DNA of 64,000 nucleotides from a candidate division WWE3 bacterium (GTDB lineage Bacteria; Patescibacteriota; 4484-211; GCA-002791395): NCBI GenBank assembly GCA_013335095.1, contig JAAXWF010000001.1, positions 445,984 to 509,983 of the forward strand, read 5' to 3'. Shown piece by piece: positions 1 to 7,733 of this stretch (position 1 is its first letter; each line of letters starts with the position of its first letter). The notes under the pieces were generated by a model. It saw only the letters and a program-made list of their open reading frames with translations, ran no database searches and was not told where the DNA came from. The position numbers and the translations under genes were made by a program.

Positions 1-316
1 CGGTTCTAAATCAGCGGGGTGGGGGGCTTCGGCCTTCTCACCCCATCTTTAATACTATTTCACTAATTTACTAAAAGCATTTGTTCCGATAGCGCATATG
101 ATGGGGATTTTCTCGATCGGCATTGGTTTCGAGTAATATAGTTGCTCGGTGTTCCTTTGCTACTTCTTATAGCGCTTTCGTATGAACATGTTCTCGATAT
201 TTGAATAGTTATTGTCTGCATTGCGTTTTGGCGACCGTGTCAAGTTGTTGTTGTAGCGAAATTGTTATAGGTACTATGATTTGGCTATTTATAGCATGTG
301 AATATGTCTTATAGTA

Positions 317-344
317 TTGACTTTGCTTATTTGTAATGTATACT
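317..344 (+). promoter_or_regulatory. sigma70-like promoter (TTGACT-16-TATACT) for unit 1 (small His-rich membrane protein mRNA)
   Basis: TTGACT at 317-322, TATACT at 339-344, 16-nt spacer. Paralogous in sequence to the promoter at 1171-1198. Confidence 0.5.
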
Positions 345-482
345 TGGAAGTACAAAAAGCGCTTCGGGCGCTCCTGGCTTTGCCAGGTTTGGAGACCCTC
401 CGGGGTCACTTTGGTTGCTCCTTTTAGGGGCAAAGGTGACGCGCACCTATCTAAGCGCGAACTCTTGAGGAGGAGCACAGTC

Positions 483-827
483 ATGGCTCGTCATCGGAAC
501 TCGCATCGCGGCTATCGCCGCAGCCACAAGTTCGAGTCGGTTGTCCTGGTCGGGCTCTTTGGGCTCTTGGCCCTGGGTGGTCTGCTGTATGCTGCGGCCA
601 TCTTTTGGGTCCAGCTGCTCATCGGTTTCGGCATCCTGGCAAGCATAGCCGCTGCCTCTTATGGCGGCTTTCTGTTTGCTCAGAGCCGGACCTCGTCCGA
701 GACGGCCCGTCGGCCTGTCGTCGAGGCTGCCCCGGTGCAGCCTCAGGTGGTGATTCATCACCACCACTACCCCCGCAAGGGGGATCGGGGCGGCCAGTCG
801 CGCCCCAACCGCACCCCGCAGCGGTAG
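483..827 (+). CDS. small high-GC membrane protein, two predicted TM helices, His-rich C-terminus (HHHH), Arg-rich N-terminus
   Basis: GGAGGAGG RBS 7 nt upstream of ATG 483. Hydrophobic stretches LVGLFGLLALGGLLYAAAIFW and LLIGFGILASIAAASYGGFLF. About 65% GC, unlike neighbours. The longer ORF from 336 starts inside the promoter and is rejected. Confidence 0.5.
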   Translation: MARHRNSHRGYRRSHKFESVVLVGLFGLLALGGLLYAAAIFWVQLLIGFGILASIAAASYGGFLFAQSRTSSETARRPVVEAAPVQPQVVIHHHHYPRKGDRGGQSRPNRTPQR

Positions 828-849
828 TTGCGGATCGAAGAGGTGGTGG

Positions 850-1140
850 CCTAAAAACCACCACCTCTGTCCTTAGGCCTATGCCTTGTTTTTTAGATCG
901 TGTGTGCTGGGTTTTAACTTTGCGCACACACCTCTTGGTCATGTAATTAAATTATTAATACATGACTTTATATCGTTAGCCTTCGGGCTTATATAAAAAC
1001 TCCCATCCTGGGGAGCTTTATATGTATTTGTTTGTTGTTGAAGTACTGCAGAACTTCATCAATAAATAGATACGCGATATTAACTAGGCAAAGCCAACCA
1101 ACAAGCCGGTTCTCCGAAAGGGGGCCGGCTTTCTTTTTTT
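850..1140 (+). ncRNA. structured RNA module A1 (3' element of unit 1), ending in a GNRA-tetraloop terminator
   Basis: Hairpins gtgtgtgc...gcacacac, gtcatgta...tacatgac, gcc-UUCG-ggc, ctccc...gggag and tgaagt...acttca, then terminator hairpin gccgg..GAAA..ccggc plus T-run. The same five hairpins recur with compensatory changes at 2080-2370. Confidence 0.55.
1104..1140 (+). terminator. Rho-independent terminator (GC stem, GAAA loop, T9)
   Basis: agccggttctccGAAAgggggccggct followed by ttcttttttt. Confidence 0.7.
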
Positions 1141-1170
1141 ACTTATTATCCAAAAAATAACCCCATAGCA

Positions 1171-1198
1171 TTGACTTGGCTTAACCATTGTGTATAAT
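1171..1198 (+). promoter_or_regulatory. sigma70-like promoter (TTGACT-16-TATAAT) for unit 2
   Basis: TTGACT at 1171-1176, tgTATAAT at 1191-1198. Confidence 0.6.
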
Positions 1199-1518
1199 CA
1201 TAGGCATAACCAAATTCACTTGCTCTCTTTGAGAGCGGGACCCGCCCGTCTGGGGCATATGGGTGGTCGTGTTTCACGGCCGAGGGGTATGCACCTTCCT
1301 AATGCATATATGGAGCGGCACTTTTGCCGCATGAATTTGGACCGCCTGTATAAGGCGTTGGGAGTTTATCTCCCCAATATTGTTGGCTATGGCGCACGGT
1401 TTGTACCCGTGTGCCTCGTTAGATGTATGTCTGCATGACGTTCCCTTCGGGGAATGTTGTGCAGCATACGTCTAACACCGCACCTTCATCAGGGTGCGTT
1501 ATGCCAGCAATATTGAAC

Positions 1519-1708
1519 CCGGATCTTTGATCCGGGAGCTACCTCCTCGGTAGCACCCCTGGTCTGATGAACCAGGGTCGAGTAGCAGTGGTACAAACAC
1601 TGAACTACTCATTATGAGGCCTCCTCTTGCACACGCAAGCGGGGGGGTAGCGATTTTAACGCTACCAGAGCCGTCGATCTTTTGATCACGGCTAACAGAG
1701 GGACCTAG
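1519..1708 (+). repeat. internal RNA module X1 (paralog of X2)
   Basis: Hairpin series ccggaTCTTTGAtccgg, cctggtCTGATGAaccagg, cagtgGTACAAAcactg, cttgcACACgcaag, gtagcgATTTTAAcgctac, gccgt..acggc and agaggg..ccccctct, in the same order as X2. Confidence 0.55.
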
Positions 1709-1889
1709 AACCCCCTCTCCACGAGATTATAAGGCGAGTGATGCAGTCATAACTGCATCACTGCTGGAAGTTTGTTTTGTAAAATTGAGTCCTTTGGGAC
1801 TTGGTTTTGCAGAGCAGCTTTCAGCACCCACACGTGACATTGACGTGTGGTTTGAGCCTTGTTCGTGGAACCGTGCCGAAAGGTGCGGA

Positions 1890-2067
1890 TCGCTGTCTCC
1901 TTGACAGCGACTCTGGTGTAATGAACCAGAGGGAGGTGGAAGTGTTTATGAACACTTACCATTTCACATAAGGCATCCTCTCGCGTCGGCGAGCGGATGG
2001 GTGGTGCAGTTTATGCACTACCAGGGCAGCATTCGTGCTGTTAACAGAGGGAATTAGAACCCCCTCT
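1890..2067 (+). repeat. internal RNA module X2 (paralog of X1)
   Basis: cgctgtcTCCTTGAcagcg, ctctggtGTAATGAaccagag, agtgttTATGaacact, ctcgcGTCGgcgag, gtgcaGTTTATgcac, cagcaUUCGtgctg and agaggg..ccccctct. Stems differ from X1 by paired (compensatory) substitutions while loops are conserved. Confidence 0.55.
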
Positions 2068-2079
2068 TGGCGTTGGGAA

Positions 2080-2370
2080 TACCGGGTCACAAAAACCCGG
2101 TTAGAAGGTAGTGTGTGCTGGGTTTTTCTTGCGCACACACATCTTAAAGTCGTGCAATCTAAGAAAAACAAATAATTAGCACGACTTTCATATTGTTGGC
2201 CGTATGGCCATTGTATTACCCCATCCCTGGGGTGATGCATAAAGTTGTATGTGAACACGGAGCTTCTGCAGAGCTTCATTCACATGCGCTTTACAATATG
2301 CTAATTGGGGACCTAAAATCCCAACGACCTGGGCCGGCACTCCGAAAGGGGGCCGGCCCTTTCTTTTTTT
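2080..2370 (+). ncRNA. structured RNA module A2 (paralog of A1) ending in a terminator
   Basis: gtgtgtgc..gcacacac, agtcgtgc..gcacgact, ggcc-GUAU-ggcc, acccc..ggggt, ggagct..agcttc and gggccggc..GAAA..gccggccc plus T-run. Confidence 0.55.
2331..2370 (+). terminator. Rho-independent terminator
   Basis: gggccggcactccGAAAgggggccggccc followed by tttcttttttt. Confidence 0.7.
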
Positions 2371-2388
2371 ATATACAGTCGGGAAAAA

Positions 2389-3450
2389 TTACGTGATTTG
2401 AACTTTACTGAGAAGGGTTAATTCTTCAAGCGCTTTCCCACAACCTCGTACTACTGTGGTTAAAGGATCTTCATCGATATGCACTGGCATTTTAGTTTCT
2501 AAAGAAATCCTCTGGTCGAGTCTTTTTAGGAGCGCTCCACCTCCGCTAATAATAATCCCGTTCTGGTATAAATCGGAGATAATCTCGGGTGGCGTTTCTT
2601 CAATTGTCTCTTTAATGTTATCAACGATCACACGTAATGGTCGTTTCAATGCTTCGGCTAATTCGTCCTCGTTCACCACGACTTCTTTTGGAAGGCCTGT
2701 TTTAAGATCTCGTCCGCGCATTGCCGCTGTCGCTTGTTTATTCGGGTCAGGGGCGGGGAGTGCCGCTCCAATTGCAATCTTTATTGCCTCAGCTGTTTTT
2801 TCTCCAATTAGTAAGTTGTATTTTGATTTTGCCCAATTTATTACTTCATTATCGAGTTCGTCACCAGCCACCCGGATCGATCGACTCGTAACGATGCCTC
2901 CCAAACTGATAACCGCCATCTCTGATGTTCCTCCGCCAATATCAACGACCATGCTTCCGGTTGGGTCTTCGACGGGAAGATTGGCACCAATAGCCGCTGC
3001 CATCGGTTCTTCGATTAAATATACTTTTCGTGCTCCTCCGCGTATTGCCGCATCAATAACCGCTTTTCGTTCAACTTCTGTGACTCCTGAAGGGATTCCA
3101 ATTGCCAGTCTAGGTTTAGGTATTTTTAAGTTCAGACCGCGGGATCTATGGACTCTTCGTATAAAATATTTGAGCATTGCTTCGGCCATATCAAAATCCG
3201 AAATTACTCCATTGCGTAGTGGGCGAATGGCAACGATATTCGCGGGGGTTTTTCCGATCATTTTTTTAGCATTTGATCCAACGGCCAATACTTCACGGGT
3301 TCGTTTATTTACCGCAACCGTCGATGGTTCACGAATCGTAATTCCTTTACCAAGTACATATACCAGTGTGTTTGCGGTTCCAAGATCAATGGCTATATCA
3401 TGTGCAAAATAGCGCCAAATTTTGTCGGAGAAGCTGTCGAGACTATACAT
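2389..3450 (-). CDS. mreB: rod shape-determining actin homolog MreB
   Basis: 353 aa with IDLGTANT phosphate-1 motif, DIGGGTSE, and the actin fold throughout. Confidence 0.95.
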   Translation of the reverse strand: MYSLDSFSDKIWRYFAHDIAIDLGTANTLVYVLGKGITIREPSTVAVNKRTREVLAVGSNAKKMIGKTPANIVAIRPLRNGVISDFDMAEAMLKYFIRRVHRSRGLNLKIPKPRLAIGIPSGVTEVERKAVIDAAIRGGARKVYLIEEPMAAAIGANLPVEDPTGSMVVDIGGGTSEMAVISLGGIVTSRSIRVAGDELDNEVINWAKSKYNLLIGEKTAEAIKIAIGAALPAPDPNKQATAAMRGRDLKTGLPKEVVVNEDELAEALKRPLRVIVDNIKETIEETPPEIISDLYQNGIIISGGGALLKRLDQRISLETKMPVHIDEDPLTTVVRGCGKALEELTLLSKVQIT

Positions 3451-3564
3451 TATACAAATCGGATTATACCTTAGATTAATTCGATATTAATGATTCTCAG
3501 TTATTTTTGCTTTGGTAAAAGGAAAAAAAATTTAACACACTAAGGGTGGGCTATAATAGAACAC

Positions 3565-4356
3565 ATGAGTCGAGTTTATTTTTTCCTGGTCTTTTTCTCG
3601 TTATTTTTGATTTCACTTGATCGGGTATTTCCTTTAACTGGTATTCGTAGTGTATCTCAAGTAGTACTTGCACCAGTAAGTTATGGTTTGTATCAGGGGG
3701 CAGCGAGAGCGAATGATTCGTGGCACTTTGTAAGCACATTACCGCACATTTATTCTGAGAATCAGAGTCTTCGTGAACAAATATCTTCGTTAACCGAAAC
3801 CGCGGTTACGATCGAAACGCTTCAGTCTGAAAATAATGTCCTTAAAGAACAGCTTGATGTTAAAGATTCAGTAACTGAGCAAAAGGTGTTAGCATCAGTC
3901 ATCGGGTTTTCCGATGAAAATCAATCGGTTGTTATGATGCTAAATAAAGGTGCTGCGGATGGAGTGAAAGATGGCCTAGTTGTAATTGTTGGGAAGTCAT
4001 TAGTCGGAAAAGTGACTCGCGTCACCGATCATGTATCGTATGTATTGCCTCCGTATGCTGTAGATAGTCGAGTTCCGGCAAAGATAATTCATCAAAATTC
4101 TGATGTCGGTAAAGGGATTGTACGAGGTCAGTTCAATTCAAGAATGATCCTAACCGACGTTCTACAAGATATTAATATTGAAAAAGGCGATATCATTGCA
4201 ACGAGTGGGGAAGGGGGAGTATATCCAGCCAACTTATCAATAGGAAAAGTTTCCGAAGTGAGTTCAGCTGAAAATGAAATCTTTAAGAACGCAGTGATTG
4301 AACCGTTGTGGGATTTAAAAAACTTAAAGAGTGCATTTATTGTATTAAATTATTGA
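3565..4356 (+). CDS. mreC: rod shape-determining protein MreC
   Basis: N-terminal TM segment, coiled-coil region (LREQISSLTETAVTIETLQSENNVLKEQL) and C-terminal beta domain. Located immediately after mreB and before mreD/mrdA. Confidence 0.8.
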   Translation: MSRVYFFLVFFSLFLISLDRVFPLTGIRSVSQVVLAPVSYGLYQGAARANDSWHFVSTLPHIYSENQSLREQISSLTETAVTIETLQSENNVLKEQLDVKDSVTEQKVLASVIGFSDENQSVVMMLNKGAADGVKDGLVVIVGKSLVGKVTRVTDHVSYVLPPYAVDSRVPAKIIHQNSDVGKGIVRGQFNSRMILTDVLQDINIEKGDIIATSGEGGVYPANLSIGKVSEVSSAENEIFKNAVIEPLWDLKNLKSAFIVLNY

Positions 4357-4357
4357 G

Positions 4358-4729
4358 ATGAAGATTTATATTATCGCTACTATGGCATTTATCCTTGCTA
4401 TTGCCCAAGTCGCTTGGGCTGGCTTTATGAATATCTGGGGAATGACTTTTCCCTTGATCATTGTGTATATGTGGTTAATTCGAAAACAATTAACGTTTAA
4501 TCAATTTACCGTATTAAGTTTTTTTTGTGGAATCATAATTGATCTACTGAGTAGCAGCGTGTTGGGGATCAGCACATTTTCAATTCTTGTCGCGATTGCT
4601 GTTATCAATTTACTAGAGAAACGAACCATTTATCATGAGCTCTTTACCTCGTTAATAAGTTTATCGGCGTCGTGTTTAGTTTTTGTCGGCTTAGTATATT
4701 ATTTGACCAGCCAATTAAGCAGTTTATGA
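4358..4729 (+). CDS. mreD: rod shape-determining protein MreD (small polytopic membrane protein)
   Basis: 123 aa with four hydrophobic segments. Starts 1 nt after the mreC stop and overlaps the mrdA start. Confidence 0.6.
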   Translation: MKIYIIATMAFILAIAQVAWAGFMNIWGMTFPLIIVYMWLIRKQLTFNQFTVLSFFCGIIIDLLSSSVLGISTFSILVAIAVINLLEKRTIYHELFTSLISLSASCLVFVGLVYYLTSQLSSL

Positions 4730-6708
4730 AACATAAATCCTCGGAGATATTCTCTAATCATTTTGCTGATCATATCGAACGTGCTTCGAGAGGGGGGCTT
4801 GCTCGGCGGGGATCCATTAGTTCATTATCGGAAGGATGGAAGGATGGTTTGTCGGGTTTATCTACGCTACTACCAGGGAGTTGTAATGTAAGTGCGGTTA
4901 AGATGGTTCTGCTTGGTGCGGTATTGTTCTGTGCGGTTCTCGTATTAGTTGGAAGACTTTTCTATCTACAGATTATCAAAGGCGATGAATATTATGCTCG
5001 ATCAGAACGTAATCGTTATTACACTAAAACAATTCTGCCTGACCGTGGCGTTATTACTGATCGTACTGGAGAAGTTCTGGCTCGGAATGCTCCAGCATTC
5101 TCACTTGGATTTGTTTTTTCTGAGCTTCCTAAGGAAAAACAGGATTCGTTAAAAGAATTACTACGGACTCAGGTCGGTTTGTCGGACGATCAAATAAATG
5201 AAGCGTTTACGTATGCCGAGGCTCGTCCCTACTCCGAGACAATAATTAAGAATAATATAACGTATGATCAACAAATTGCGCTCCAAGCTCGCATGAGTGA
5301 ATTTCCTGGTGTCGATATTGTTAAAGATGCTGTTCGCGAATATCCACAAGGTGAATATTTTTCCACTGTTTTAGGATATACCGGTAGCATTACTAAAGAT
5401 GAATTAAATTCTTCTGATTCATTTGAATATACCTTGGGAAGTATCATTGGTAAGATCGGTGCCGAGAATAAATACGAGGAATATTTACGTGGTAAGGTCG
5501 GACATGCCGTCGTTGAAGTCGAAGCAAATGGGAAAGTTAATCAACAAGCTGCATTAAAAGAACCCGAGTCTGGTAATTCTTTAACATTAACGATTGATGC
5601 TAAAGCACAGAAAAAAATTGGAGACATATTAAAAAAGGCGATTGAAAAATATAGTGCGACCGCCGGAAGTATTGTAATTAGCGATCCGAATAATGGCGAA
5701 GTTTTTGTCATGTTAAGTTTGCCTACGTTTGACAATAACGTCTTTTTTAAAGAACCAGGAAAAGTTTCGTCTATCTTCACCGATCCTCGAGGGTTATTAA
5801 TCAATCGAGCTATTAGTGGGTTGTACGCTCCTGGATCAACGGTCAAGCCGGCTATTGGTGCGAGTGTATTACAAAAAGGGATTGTAACCTCAACGATGAA
5901 AATCTCGGGCGAGCCTCAAGTCATTAAAGTTGGCCAATGGGAGTTTCCCGATTGGACAAAAGCTTGGGGGAAACCTCCTCACGGTATGATGGATTTACCC
6001 GAGGCTATTGCAAAAAGCTCCGATATTTTCTTTTATAAGATCGGGGGAGGATACCCGCCAGATTGTACTGCATCCACCTGTGAGATTCATGGGCTCGGAT
6101 CAGAAGGTGTACCACAAAGCCTGCGCGATTTCGGATTCGGAAAGCCCGTAGGGATTGATTTGCCAGCCGAGGCGGAAGGACTTGTTCCCGATCCAGAATG
6201 GAAACAAAAAGTGCGCAATGAGGATTGGTTCTTAGGTAATACGTATCACCTTAGTATTGGGCAAGGCGATCTCTTGGCGACTCCAATTCAGGTCTTGAAT
6301 TTGACTAATATTGTTGCAACAGATGGTTCTATACCGTATTTGCATATCGCTAAAAATGATGATTTATTAAGGGCTAATGGATTTACAGGACATCGAGATA
6401 AGCCAGTATCTCTTGAGAATATTCAGGTAGTCCGTCACGGAATGGAACTGGGGCCAACTGAAACAGGTATTGTGTATAGCTTACGAGGAGCAAAGGTTCC
6501 CGTTGCCGCCAAGACAGGTACGGCTGAATTTGGTACTCTTAATGCCAAGGGGCAATATGAAACACATGCTTGGGTTACTGGTTTTGCTCCTGTTCAAAAC
6601 CCTCAAATTAGTTTTGTGGTGATGCTTGAATCAGGTGGAGCATCTTCTAATGCGGCTGACGTTGCTCGTGAAATTATTGATTGGTGGTTCGGAGGTCGAC
6701 CAGAATAA
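4726..6708 (+). CDS. mrdA: penicillin-binding protein 2 (peptidoglycan D,D-transpeptidase MrdA)
   Basis: PBP dimerisation plus transpeptidase domains. Motifs include GSTVKP (SxxK) and KTGTA (KTG). ATG at 4726 overlaps the mreD TGA (ATGA) and gives a ~60-aa cytoplasmic extension before the TM. The conventional start would be ATG 4903 (MVLLGAVLF...). Confidence 0.85.
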   Translation: MKHKSSEIFSNHFADHIERASRGGLARRGSISSLSEGWKDGLSGLSTLLPGSCNVSAVKMVLLGAVLFCAVLVLVGRLFYLQIIKGDEYYARSERNRYYTKTILPDRGVITDRTGEVLARNAPAFSLGFVFSELPKEKQDSLKELLRTQVGLSDDQINEAFTYAEARPYSETIIKNNITYDQQIALQARMSEFPGVDIVKDAVREYPQGEYFSTVLGYTGSITKDELNSSDSFEYTLGSIIGKIGAENKYEEYLRGKVGHAVVEVEANGKVNQQAALKEPESGNSLTLTIDAKAQKKIGDILKKAIEKYSATAGSIVISDPNNGEVFVMLSLPTFDNNVFFKEPGKVSSIFTDPRGLLINRAISGLYAPGSTVKPAIGASVLQKGIVTSTMKISGEPQVIKVGQWEFPDWTKAWGKPPHGMMDLPEAIAKSSDIFFYKIGGGYPPDCTASTCEIHGLGSEGVPQSLRDFGFGKPVGIDLPAEAEGLVPDPEWKQKVRNEDWFLGNTYHLSIGQGDLLATPIQVLNLTNIVATDGSIPYLHIAKNDDLLRANGFTGHRDKPVSLENIQVVRHGMELGPTETGIVYSLRGAKVPVAAKTGTAEFGTLNAKGQYETHAWVTGFAPVQNPQISFVVMLESGGASSNAADVAREIIDWWFGGRPE

Positions 6709-6711
6709 TCT

Positions 6712-6963
6712 ATGTCTAAAAAAAAGACCGTCATTATAATATTAGTCTCAGTCTATTTATTGATTGGGTTAGGTATTTATCTCCAGCTAGCATCGGCTCG
6801 TCCACTTGCTTGCCCCGAATCTTTACTAACATCACCGGGGTATTCAGGTCCAAATTTAACCGATTGCAAACGACCAGGACTACTTATGTTTTCAGATATT
6901 CCTAAATTTATGTTAGTTGTTTTTGCGTGGCCGATTCTATTCATTATTCAGCTTTTTTCATAA
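6712..6963 (+). CDS. small membrane protein (two TM segments), function unknown
   Basis: 83-aa ORF 3 nt after mrdA. Hydrophobic N- and C-termini. Confidence 0.4.
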   Translation: MSKKKTVIIILVSVYLLIGLGIYLQLASARPLACPESLLTSPGYSGPNLTDCKRPGLLMFSDIPKFMLVVFAWPILFIIQLFS

Positions 6964-6984
6964 ATTATACAAAGTCCTGTAGCA

Positions 6985-7014
6985 TTGACAGCTTCTTTTA
7001 ATACATAGTACAAT
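6985..7014 (+). promoter_or_regulatory. strong sigma70-like promoter TTGACA-18-TACAAT for the high-GC gene 7083-7601
   Basis: TTGACA at 6985-6990, TACAAT at 7009-7014. Confidence 0.55.
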
Positions 7015-7082
7015 TCGGTCACCCAAAAGGGTTGCCCATCGGGGCATGGCACAACGTGGATACGTGTATAAGGAGGTCTTGG

Positions 7083-7601
7083 ATGCTGACCACACGGTAC
7101 GCTGGTTGGGTGTCGCAGCCGGAAGTGCTCCGGCACTTTATGGAGGACGCTGTCCTCCTCGTCCCAGGCACTCGCGGCACGGAACGGGTCCGGTTGACCC
7201 ACGGCTTTGAGGGGAGGGCTACACTCGTCACCCCCGTCGTTGATCACCCCCACCAGCTCGAGGATCCGGGTACGTTCCGCTTCTGTCCGATGAGCGGACT
7301 CATCATCACCAAGGTGTACAGCCCTGGTGATGGGGGGGATCTTTCTGTTCCGGCCGCAATCCAGAACATCGTCGTACCCCAGGCCGGCTATCTGGTGATC
7401 CGTAACGCAATCGTCAGGTCGAATGGGGCCAACACCGTACGGGCCGATCAGTTGACCGAGGTCGTAATGCTCGGCGGCGAGTCGTGGCGCACGAATGAGC
7501 TCTTGGATAGGGAGCTCGTTGTCGCTCGGGCCTATGCCGAGAGTACGAGTCGGCCCAAGCACCGCGCTAGGGCCCAACGGGTGCTGGAGCTGTGCCGGTA
7601 A
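7083..7601 (+). CDS. hypothetical protein encoded in a high-GC island
   Basis: AAGGAGG RBS 6 nt before ATG 7083, ~62% GC, terminator at 7647-7683. The antisense ORF 6948-7577 is judged a shadow ORF. Confidence 0.5.
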   Translation: MLTTRYAGWVSQPEVLRHFMEDAVLLVPGTRGTERVRLTHGFEGRATLVTPVVDHPHQLEDPGTFRFCPMSGLIITKVYSPGDGGDLSVPAAIQNIVVPQAGYLVIRNAIVRSNGANTVRADQLTEVVMLGGESWRTNELLDRELVVARAYAESTSRPKHRARAQRVLELCR

Positions 7602-7646
7602 ACGCGCATGGGCTTCATTCGTCTACTACATTAAAGCTTAAGCCCG

Positions 7647-7683
7647 AGCCGGGTTCCCTAAAAAGGGGATCCGGCTTTTTTTG
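7647..7683 (+). terminator. Rho-independent terminator
   Basis: gccgggttccctaaaaaggggatccggc followed by ttttttt. Confidence 0.65.
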
Positions 7684-7733
7684 TATGGTTGGATCTTTCA
7701 TTATAAAAAATACGATATATAATCTCATCTATT

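Larger units (their letters stand above)
1210..2370 (+). ncRNA. candidate long structured non-coding RNA (promoter to terminator, ~1.15 kb) with internal duplicated hairpin modules
   Basis: No ORF with an RBS. Dense GC hairpins, several with UUCG tetraloops (cccUUCGggg at 1446, cagcaUUCGtgctg at 2025). Internal tandem duplication X1/X2 and 3' module A2 show covariation. Confidence 0.5.

Noticed and set aside
336..482. Longer version of the first ORF starting at 336
   Set aside because: It starts inside the -10 region of its own promoter and has no RBS. ATG 483 has a GGAGGAGG SD at the right distance.
1190..1438. 82-aa ORF inside the structured RNA region
   Set aside because: It begins upstream of the predicted transcription start, has no SD before any internal ATG, and overlaps conserved hairpins, so it is more likely non-coding.
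1556..1575. CUGAUGA heptamer (hammerhead ribozyme core) in the hairpin loop cctggtCTGATGAaccagg
   Set aside because: The heptamer sits in the loop of a single hairpin whose two arms pair with each other, rather than between stems I and II with a following GAAA and GUC site. The paralogous copy has GTAATGA, so the hammerhead core is not conserved.
2456..3412. 318-aa plus-strand ORF opposite mreB
   Set aside because: Antisense shadow ORF of a strongly supported mreB gene. Low-complexity Ser/Ile-rich translation.
6948..7577. 209-aa minus-strand ORF overlapping the high-GC gene 7083-7601
   Set aside because: High-GC DNA yields long antisense ORFs. The plus-strand ORF has the promoter, SD and terminator. 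The same reasoning applies to 18039-18449 (-), 20948-21442 (-), 24331-24774 (+), 16549-16809 (-), 16858-17253 (-) and 50253-50796 (-).
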